DNA of 33,177 nucleotides from a virus (Duplodnaviria; Heunggongvirae; Uroviricota; Caudoviricetes): IMG/VR virus record IMGVR_UViG_3300010352_001127; one strand, 5' to 3'. Shown piece by piece: positions 1 to 5,128 of this stretch (position 1 is its first letter; each line of letters starts with the position of its first letter). The notes under the pieces were generated by a model. It saw only the letters and a program-made list of their open reading frames with translations, ran no database searches and was not told where the DNA came from. The position numbers and the translations under genes were made by a program.

Positions 1-45
1 TCCGTTACGGTGTTACAGTTTAGAAGACTGCTCCGATACAGGGCC
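1..45 (-). tRNA. Non-canonical tRNA-Arg(UCU), no canonical D-arm, truncated by window edge
   Basis: Minus strand: GGCCCTG-TATCGGA-GCAGT CTTCTAA ACTGT-AACA-CCG-TAACGGA...; 5-bp anticodon stem with TCT anticodon; same layout as 3250-3324; 3' half lies outside the window. Confidence 0.65.
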
Positions 46-119
46 GTTTACAGAATACTATTTGACTACAAATTACAAGTTTGTTGCTTCTAAAGCTGTT
101 TGTTTGCTGTAAGTATTCT
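46..119 (-). ncRNA. ACAGCAA minihelix element 1 with Thr(UGU)-type anticodon stem-loop
   Basis: AGAATACT/AGTATTCT 8-bp closing stem, TACAGCAAA after the 5' strand, internal ACAAA-CTTGTAA-TTTGT hairpin, then GTAAAC abutting the tRNA. Confidence 0.55.
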
Positions 120-122
120 TTG

Positions 123-193
123 AGCGAGTAAAGGTAATCGAAACCTCATATCCGATATGGGAAACCGGCGCACTACCATTATGCTATACTCGC
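123..193 (-). tRNA. tRNA-Gly(CCC)
   Basis: GCGAGTA/TACTCGC acceptor, U73, CCGGT-TTCCCAT-ATCGG anticodon arm, TTCGATT T-loop. Confidence 0.9.
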
Positions 194-197
194 GATT

Positions 198-1085
198 TTA
201 TTTTATTACTAATTCCACATTATATCCCAACTTCTTATATGTTTTTAATCTATCTTTCCAATTCTGTTCATCGTATGTCCAATTGCTTTTTATTTCAACT
301 ATCTTATTTTCAATCGGTATATAAATATCTGGTATAGCTACTCTTCTTTTCTTTTTTTGAGTATCGTAGTATATCAATCTTAATTTTTCTACATCATAAT
401 CAATCTTTTGTTCGTCTAATTTTCTATAATAATCTAATTCATAACTACTTCTATAATGAACTTTTTTATCGTTCCAAGTTACATGAAAACCATTTTTATA
501 TGAATATGGATTATTATTATCGTAATTTATTTTTCCGTTTTTTACTGCCATATGACCTGACTCAGTATTTGTTCTCAGATGTATTCCCAATCTTTTAAAA
601 ACTTCTGATAGAGTTTGAGTATTCATTTTATATTTTTTACTCATATCTATGATTGACATTTCATCTACAAAATAATCTTTTTTTAAATTATTGACAATCT
701 TATCAAATTCGTCGTATACTTTACTACTCTTTAATTTTTTCCTATCAAAATTAAAATATTTTATAAAAACATTATTTTTATTTTTTAATTTTTTACACAC
801 ATCAGGCCTTTCACATATTTCTTTGCCACATTGTTTACAAACTCTTTTATTTCTACAAATATCACAATAAACATTTTCAGAACTGCCAACTTTTGATATT
901 ATTTCAATTCCGCAGATTTTACATATTCTAATCTTCTTTTTATTTCGATCAACAAAACTTGATGAATATTTACTGGAGCATTCTTTACAACAACATTTAT
1001 TATATCTTCCTCTTTTATAATAACTCTCAATTACTTCTATTTCAAAAAGTTTACCGCAATTCAAACAAATTAATTTTAATTTCAA
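198..1085 (-). CDS. Putative free-standing homing endonuclease: Cys-rich Zn-binding N-terminus plus TnsA-like PD-(D/E)XK domain
   Basis: Multiple CxxC pairs; C-terminal YRSSYE...IPDIYIP...IVEIKS motif; inserted inside the tRNA array; TTG start. Confidence 0.7.
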   Translation of the reverse strand: MKLKLICLNCGKLFEIEVIESYYKRGRYNKCCCKECSSKYSSSFVDRNKKKIRICKICGIEIISKVGSSENVYCDICRNKRVCKQCGKEICERPDVCKKLKNKNNVFIKYFNFDRKKLKSSKVYDEFDKIVNNLKKDYFVDEMSIIDMSKKYKMNTQTLSEVFKRLGIHLRTNTESGHMAVKNGKINYDNNNPYSYKNGFHVTWNDKKVHYRSSYELDYYRKLDEQKIDYDVEKLRLIYYDTQKKKRRVAIPDIYIPIENKIVEIKSNWTYDEQNWKDRLKTYKKLGYNVELVIK

Positions 1086-1191
1086 TATCGGATTTTTTAA
1101 TTTTTGATTTATCTTTCTAGTTTCTATTTTTTTTATTTTATTTATTTCGTAATTTGGATTAGATTTACAATTAGATATCTAAAAACTTCCA

Positions 1192-1722
1192 TCAGACGAA
1201 AATCCCTTGGTCAATTCTTGTTAATTCTCCAAGAACCAATTCTTTTCCGTACGAATCATACAACAAATCGATTGGTTTTTGTTTACCCAACGCAAAATTT
1301 GGTGTTTCTAACCATAGTCTAAATTGTTCCTGAGAATCAAAGACATCAAGACCCAATTTGGTTACTTCAGCAACTTCAATAATTTTTTCTGATTGAGTTG
1401 GCTTGAATCTCTTGTTGGCAGCACGATAGCGACTAATAGATTTTGAAGATAGATTTAATAAATCAGTCCATTCATCATTGGAAAAGGGACTAATCTCTTT
1501 GATTAAGGCAAATAATCTAAATGGAATACCTTCCTTTATCGCAAATACAATAAGCATTCTGTCAGAGAAAAAGTCTGACAATGTAAGATTCTTATCGAAA
1601 TCTCTGTAATATTTGGATTCAATTGCAATTTTCTTGAAGGCTTCCTTTAAATACAAATCCAATTGATTGAATTTTGACTCTGTAGTTTCTTTTCCAACCT
1701 TTTTAACCATTCGCGTTTCCAT
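1192..1722 (-). CDS. Xre/MbcA/ParS-type antitoxin of RES-Xre type II toxin-antitoxin systems (orphan)
   Basis: IKEGIPF...WTDLLNLSSKSISRY HTH followed by QSEKIIEVAEV...VFDSQEQFRLWLETPNFALGKQKPIDLLYDSYGKELVLGELTRIDQGIF, typical of the family. Confidence 0.85.
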   Translation of the reverse strand: METRMVKKVGKETTESKFNQLDLYLKEAFKKIAIESKYYRDFDKNLTLSDFFSDRMLIVFAIKEGIPFRLFALIKEISPFSNDEWTDLLNLSSKSISRYRAANKRFKPTQSEKIIEVAEVTKLGLDVFDSQEQFRLWLETPNFALGKQKPIDLLYDSYGKELVLGELTRIDQGIFV

Positions 1723-1741
1723 ACTACTGGCAATTTGTCCA

Positions 1742-1773
1742 CAAATTTAAGTCAAATGTCCATCAAATCCAAA
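1742..1773 (-). promoter_or_regulatory. Bacteroidota sigma70-type promoter of the antitoxin gene
   Basis: TTTG (1770-1773) - 20 nt - TAAATTTG (1742-1749), matching the TTTG-N19-21-TAnnTTTG consensus, 20 nt upstream of the ATG. Confidence 0.6.
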
Positions 1774-1873
1774 TTTTTTATTAAAAATTTTGTCTTTCAT
1801 CATTAATCCCTATTCTTTCCTTTTTTTTGAATATCCGTTCTGAATAGTGGACTTCAACTCAAACATCTTGATT

Positions 1874-2023
1874 TTATTCATTTTTTTTGATCATACGTTC
1901 CCAATCGACTTTGTAGTAGCGGCGCACAATCGCCAACGAACTTTGACCTACCATTTTTAGCAGCGATGGAACCTCAACGTCTGAATTGATGACAAAGATG
2001 GTAAATGTTACCTTTTTGTGTCG
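1874..2023 (-). pseudogene. Possible C-terminal remnant of a tyrosine integrase
   Basis: Startless frame reads RHKKVTFTIFVINSDVEVPSLLKMVGQSSLAIVRRYYKVDWERMIKKNE*, resembling the ...SKMLGHSS...IYAKV catalytic tail; nearby TGTGGACA motifs. Confidence 0.3.
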
Positions 2024-2180
2024 ATTTTAATTCTTTTAAATCTTTATTACAATGTGGACAATTTGTTATCATGTTTGTTTTTATATGTATATATAAAAAA
2101 AGTTTGAGCCATAAATCAAAAATGAACAAAAGTTTTCATATTTATTTAAAATTTTCTTATAAATAATTGATAATCAGTTG

Positions 2181-2254
2181 AGTAGGTGATGGGGATCGAA
2201 CCCACAAACCTCTTGCTTGGCAAGCAAGCTATCTACCAGTTGATATACACCTAC
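2181..2254 (-). tRNA. tRNA-Gly(GCC)
   Basis: GTAGGTG/CACCTAC acceptor, U73, CTTGC-TTGCCAA-GCAAG, TTCGATC T-loop. Confidence 0.9.
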
Positions 2255-2296
2255 ATACTACTCTTCCTATCTCCGTATAGAGCGAACCGAATATTG

Positions 2297-2368
2297 AGCG
2301 CTATGAGAATTTTCAAATCTCGACCCCTTGCTTGGAGGGCAAGTGCTCTGGCTCTGAGCTAATAGCGC
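2297..2368 (-). tRNA. tRNA-Gly(UCC), atypical (C33; C19-G56 elbow swap)
   Basis: GCGCTAT/ATAGCGC acceptor, U73, D-loop AGAGCCA, CTTGC-CCTCCAA-GCAAG, T-loop TTGAAAA. Confidence 0.8.
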
Positions 2369-2428
2369 GTTTACGGAATACCTTTTTTCACCTTTTGGAA
2401 TAAGATTTTTATTTGCTGTTAGTATTCC
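2369..2428 (-). ncRNA. ACAGCAA minihelix element 2 with Gly(UCC)-type anticodon stem-loop
   Basis: GGAATACT/GGTATTCC closing stem, AACAGCAAA, ATCTT-ATTCCAA-AAGGT hairpin, then GTAAAC abutting the tRNA. Confidence 0.55.
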
Positions 2429-2464
2429 TTTATTTTTCAGATTACTTTTCATTTGAAAGGTTTG

Positions 2465-2537
2465 TGGAGCATTCCGGGAACGATCCGAAATCTGGAGTTT
2501 GCAGGACTCCTATTCTCGCCAATTGAACTAATGCCCC
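2465..2537 (-). tRNA. tRNA-Ala(UGC), atypical (C33; A54/U58)
   Basis: GGGGCAT/ATGCTCC with G3:U70, A73; GGAGT-CCTGCAA-ACTCC; T-loop ATCGTTC. Confidence 0.88.
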
Positions 2538-2575
2538 AATTACCTTTTTAAGATACACGAAAACCCTTCATTTTG

Positions 2576-2648
2576 TGTTCTCGAGTGGTCTCGAACCACC
2601 AACCTTTTCCATGTCACGGAAACACTCTTCCAATTGAGCTACGAGAAC
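2576..2648 (-). tRNA. tRNA-Val(GAC)
   Basis: GTTCTCG/CGAGAAC, TTTCC-GTGACAT-GGAAA, TTCGAGA T-loop. Confidence 0.92.
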
Positions 2649-2662
2649 ATTGTTTCATTCTG

Positions 2663-2737
2663 TGTTCCTATTTGGATTCGAACCAAAGATCTCAACTTTG
2701 TAAGAGTTGTATGTTGAACCAACTACACCATAGGAAC
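2663..2737 (-). tRNA. tRNA-Val(UAC)
   Basis: GTTCCTA/TAGGAAC, CAACT-CTTACAA-AGTTG, TTCGAAT T-loop. Confidence 0.92.
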
Positions 2738-2742
2738 TTATG

Positions 2743-2815
2743 AGCTAATGGTGGGTAACGATCCCACTACCCCAATCTTACCAAGATTGTGCTCTACCAT
2801 TTGAGCTACATCAGC
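2743..2815 (-). tRNA. tRNA-Thr(GGU), atypical T-loop (A54/U58)
   Basis: GCTGATG/CATTAGC, CAATC-TTGGTAA-GATTG, GTGGG-ATCGTTA-CCCAC. Confidence 0.9.
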
Positions 2816-2821
2816 ATTTTG

Positions 2822-2894
2822 AGCCGATGGAGGGACTCGAACCCCCGACAGGCTGATTACAGATCAGCTACTCTACCAACTGAGTTACATCGGC
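2822..2894 (-). tRNA. tRNA-Thr(UGU) copy with C33
   Basis: GCCGATG/CATCGGC, GCTGA-TCTGTAA-TCAGC, TTCGAGT T-loop. Confidence 0.88.
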
Positions 2895-2904
2895 AAATTA
2901 ATTG

Positions 2905-2984
2905 AGCTAGAGGAGGGACTCGAACCCCCGATGTTTGTGTTCCGCGTTACAAGTGCGGTGCCGTCGCCACTGAGCCACTCTAGC
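2905..2984 (-). tRNA. tRNA-Thr(UGU)
   Basis: GCTAGAG/CTCTAGC, CCGCA-CTTGTAA-CGCGG, slightly long variable region, TTCGAGT T-loop. Confidence 0.9.
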
Positions 2985-2990
2985 ATAGGT

Positions 2991-3019
2991 GGCAATAAGT
3001 GTAAGACAATCTTATTGCC
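2991..3019. repeat. Perfect 9-bp inverted repeat in a tRNA spacer
   Basis: GGCAATAAG-N11-CTTATTGCC. Confidence 0.7.
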
Positions 3020-3027
3020 GGTGGGTG

Positions 3028-3137
3028 AGCCTGCAGTGGGACTTGAACCCACCTTTCTAATCCTTTAGAAACCTCACATCAGCCTAGGATTTCAGAACCG
3101 GTTTCAGATTAGGTTTGTCTGCCATTCGACCTCAGGC
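3028..3137 (-). ncRNA. Class II tRNA-like RNA with elongated anticodon arm
   Basis: GCCTG/CAGGC acceptor, GTC-GAATGGCA-GAC D-arm, AAACCT/AGGTTT stem enclosing 36 nt, CTAA-AGGA-TTAG variable arm, GTGGG-TTCAAGT-CCCAC T-arm. Confidence 0.6.
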
Positions 3138-3142
3138 ATGTG

Positions 3143-3244
3143 TGGATTGGATGGGATTCGAACCCACTCGGTGATCAACCCGTTCCTGTATTTACTCGGT
3201 GCCAACCGATACTGTGGTGTCGAACCACAACACATTCTCAACCC
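3143..3244 (-). ncRNA. tRNA-Ala(GGC)-like non-canonical RNA
   Basis: GGGTTG/CAATCC acceptor with G3:U70 and A73; TCGG-TTGGCA-CCGA hairpin; canonical T-arm; a second T-arm-like hairpin where the D-arm should be. Confidence 0.55.
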
Positions 3245-3249
3245 ATTTG

Positions 3250-3324
3250 TGACGAAGATGGGATTCGAACCCACATTGATCCATTACGATTCACTAGTTT
3301 AGGAAACTAGGTCGATACTTCGCC
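3250..3324 (-). tRNA. Non-canonical tRNA-Arg(CCU) with rewired D-arm
   Basis: GGCGAAG/CTTCGTC, 7-nt linker TATCGAC, CTAGT-TTCCTAA-ACTAG, TGAA-TCG-TAATGGA-TCAAT, GTGGG-TTCGAAT-CCCAT. Confidence 0.75.
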
Positions 3325-3351
3325 AAAGTTTTGTATTTGAACCTTTCTTAT

Positions 3352-3427
3352 TGGTCTGGATGGCTGGTCCCGACCCAGCGCCCTCTTGATCCCAAATCAA
3401 GAAATCTACCAACTGATATACACCCAG
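3352..3427 (-). tRNA. tRNA-Pro(UGG) with encoded CCA and atypical T-loop
   Basis: CTGGGTG/CATCCAG-A-CCA, CTTGA-TTTGGGA-TCAAG, T-loop GTCGGGA. Confidence 0.85.
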
Positions 3428-3432
3428 ATATG

Positions 3433-3510
3433 TGACCCCAGAAGGACTCGAACCCTCACAAAATCTCTTGGTCCGTAGCCAAGTGTTTTATCCAATTAAA
3501 CTATGGGGCC
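3433..3510 (-). tRNA. tRNA-Arg(ACG)
   Basis: GGCCCCA/TGGGGTC, D-loop with GGA20, CTTGG-CTACGGA-CCAAG, TTCGAGT. Confidence 0.92.
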
Positions 3511-4433
3511 TTCTTTTTAAAACATTTTTCATCATAAAAGTCATTTAAATACCTCTTCATCCATTTATTTATCTTCTGTTGTTTTATTCCAGTTTTATCT
3601 GAAACTTTCTTAACCCATCCAAACTTGGAGAAATCTATATCTGAAGTTTTTATAAAATCTATAAAAAATTGATATTTTTCTTTAGTTTTGTTTTTTATGG
3701 ATTCACTATATTTTTCTCTACTTCCATATACCAAATCATTTTTCTTTAAAGATTTTAACAATTCCTCAACATCATATTTTCTATAATTTTTATTATCATT
3801 TAACCAATTTACCAAATGTTCAACAATTTTATAATCTTTCTTTATTTCTAACCAAGCTAACCTATAAACCTTCCATCCATTTTTAATTAAAAAATCATCT
3901 CTTTCTTTGTCATGTTCTATTGCTTCTTTGGATCTAAAATGTTGTTGTCCATCAATTTCTATGTCTATTTTCATTTCTAAAATAGCAAAATCCAAAAAAT
4001 ATTTATGAAAAGGCATCTTCTCTTTTATTGTATATTTAGAATATAGATCATATTTTTCTACAACATTCTTAATAAACCATTTCTCAGGATAACTTCTTTT
4101 ATTTAAATCTTCATTTACAAAAGACCATCCAGGGTGATTACCATTTTTATGAGCATTTACCATAGATTTACTAATCTTTTTCCTAGTATCTTCATCTACT
4201 TTTTTATTATGAAAATCTTTTTCTAAACATTCAACACTTCCACACGTTTTTCTAAATTTAATACCCTTTTCAAGTTTAGCGTTGTTATTACAATAATGAC
4301 ATTTAGGAATCTCAAATCCTTCATAATCTATATAGTATTGAACCAATCCACCATTATATTTATGTTTATATGTTAAATGTAAACTAAGACCCAACATGGA
4401 TTTCATTTCTTTATTACAAATTTTACAAATCAT
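3501..4433 (-). CDS. Putative homing endonuclease, DUF559/Vsr-like domain with N-terminal Zn finger
   Basis: FLDFA...DIEIDGQQHF...DKERDDFLIKNGWKVYRL motif; C2H2-like N-terminus; its TAG stop lies inside the 5' end of tRNA-Arg(ACG). Confidence 0.75.
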   Translation of the reverse strand: MICKICNKEMKSMLGLSLHLTYKHKYNGGLVQYYIDYEGFEIPKCHYCNNNAKLEKGIKFRKTCGSVECLEKDFHNKKVDEDTRKKISKSMVNAHKNGNHPGWSFVNEDLNKRSYPEKWFIKNVVEKYDLYSKYTIKEKMPFHKYFLDFAILEMKIDIEIDGQQHFRSKEAIEHDKERDDFLIKNGWKVYRLAWLEIKKDYKIVEHLVNWLNDNKNYRKYDVEELLKSLKKNDLVYGSREKYSESIKNKTKEKYQFFIDFIKTSDIDFSKFGWVKKVSDKTGIKQQKINKWMKRYLNDFYDEKCFKKKAP

Positions 4434-4510
4434 ATACTTATATTTTTATTAGTATATATTAATAAATTAAACCCATATTTTTCCATTTTCATAGTTAAAT
4501 GTTTTAATTG

Positions 4511-4583
4511 TGCTCGCTCTAGAATTCGAATCCAGACCGAATGCTTCGAAGGCATTTATGCTATTCCGTTACACCAAGCGAGC
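4511..4583 (-). tRNA. tRNA-Arg(UCG)
   Basis: GCTCGCT/AGCGAGC, D-loop AACGGAATA, AATGC-CTTCGAA-GCATT, TTCGAAT. Confidence 0.92.
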
Positions 4584-4598
4584 TATGGCTTTATCAAT

Positions 4599-4610
4599 AT
4601 GTCAAAGAAC
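4599..4610 (-). promoter_or_regulatory. boxA-like antitermination element
   Basis: GTTCTTTGACAT upstream of tRNA-Arg(UCG), resembling rRNA-operon boxA. Confidence 0.6.
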
Positions 4611-4621
4611 AAAATTTGAAA

Positions 4622-4768
4622 TGATATAAGTGAGAATCCAACTCACACGTCACTAACAGCGTTTTGTTGGTGATGTCCATCCCTCCGGACCCCCGTTGAC
4701 TGACAACGTACACCGTTCACGGGGGAAGGGCGGGTCAAACCGTTGCGTACGCATTTCGCCATTATATC
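4622..4768 (-). ncRNA. 147-nt Leu-like tRNA-like RNA with long GC-rich hairpin replacing the anticodon arm
   Basis: GATATAA/TTATATC-A acceptor (flanks extend pairing to 12 bp), GCG-AAATGCGTA-CGC D-arm, CCCCCGT/ACGGGGG hairpin, TCACCAACA/TGTTAGTGA variable arm, GTGAG-TTGGATT-CTCAC T-arm. Confidence 0.65.
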
Positions 4769-4778
4769 ATTTCATCTA

Positions 4779-4788
4779 TTCAAAGAAC
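4779..4788 (-). promoter_or_regulatory. Second boxA-like element just downstream of the leader terminator
   Basis: GTTCTTTGAA. Confidence 0.5.
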
Positions 4789-4799
4789 TAAATCCCCTC

Positions 4800-4834
4800 A
4801 AAAAAAACACCCGAAGACTTTCGTTTCCGGGTGT
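4800..4834 (-). terminator. Intrinsic (attenuator) terminator upstream of the tRNA operon
   Basis: ACACCCGGAAAC-GAAA-GTCTTCGGGTGT stem (one mismatch) followed by 7 more T. Confidence 0.85.
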
Positions 4835-4906
4835 GGGTGCCAGTCTAATTTCTGGCTTATGTTGAGGTATAAGGGGCTTAACTCGTCATACCACAATCCC
4901 ACACCC
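4829..4906 (-). promoter_or_regulatory. Antiterminator helix, mutually exclusive with the terminator
   Basis: GGGTGTGGG (4898-4906, leader codons 34-36) is perfectly complementary to CCCACACCC (4829-4837), which includes the terminator 5' arm. Confidence 0.75.
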
Positions 4907-5005
4907 TACTGGGACTACTGTTCCAGTACCTGTGCCCGTGCCGCGTCTCATCGCTGCGGGGGCGGTCGGTGTGAAGTTTGCTGATATGTTTGAATTAAAT
5001 AACAT
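4886..5005 (-). CDS. 39-aa leader peptide MLFNSNISANFTPTAPAAMRRGTGTGTGTVVPVGCGIVV
   Basis: AGGAG 9 nt before ATG; open 40-codon frame ending in TGA; GC-rich codons in an AT-rich genome; directly upstream of the terminator. Confidence 0.75.
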   Translation of the reverse strand: MLFNSNISANFTPTAPAAMRRGTGTGTGTVVPVGCGIVV

Positions 5006-5128
5006 TTTTAATATCTCCTATTTGTATTAGATATATATTTTGGAAAAAAAGTCAATTTTTTCCATTTTTGATTGATATTACAAAATTACAACAAAGTTTT
5101 AAATTAAAAAAATTATTTCGTAGTTTTT

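Noticed and set aside
2267-2452. 61-aa minus-strand ORF from the track
   Set aside because: It runs through tRNA-Gly(UCC) and ACAGCAA element 2, which explain the sequence better
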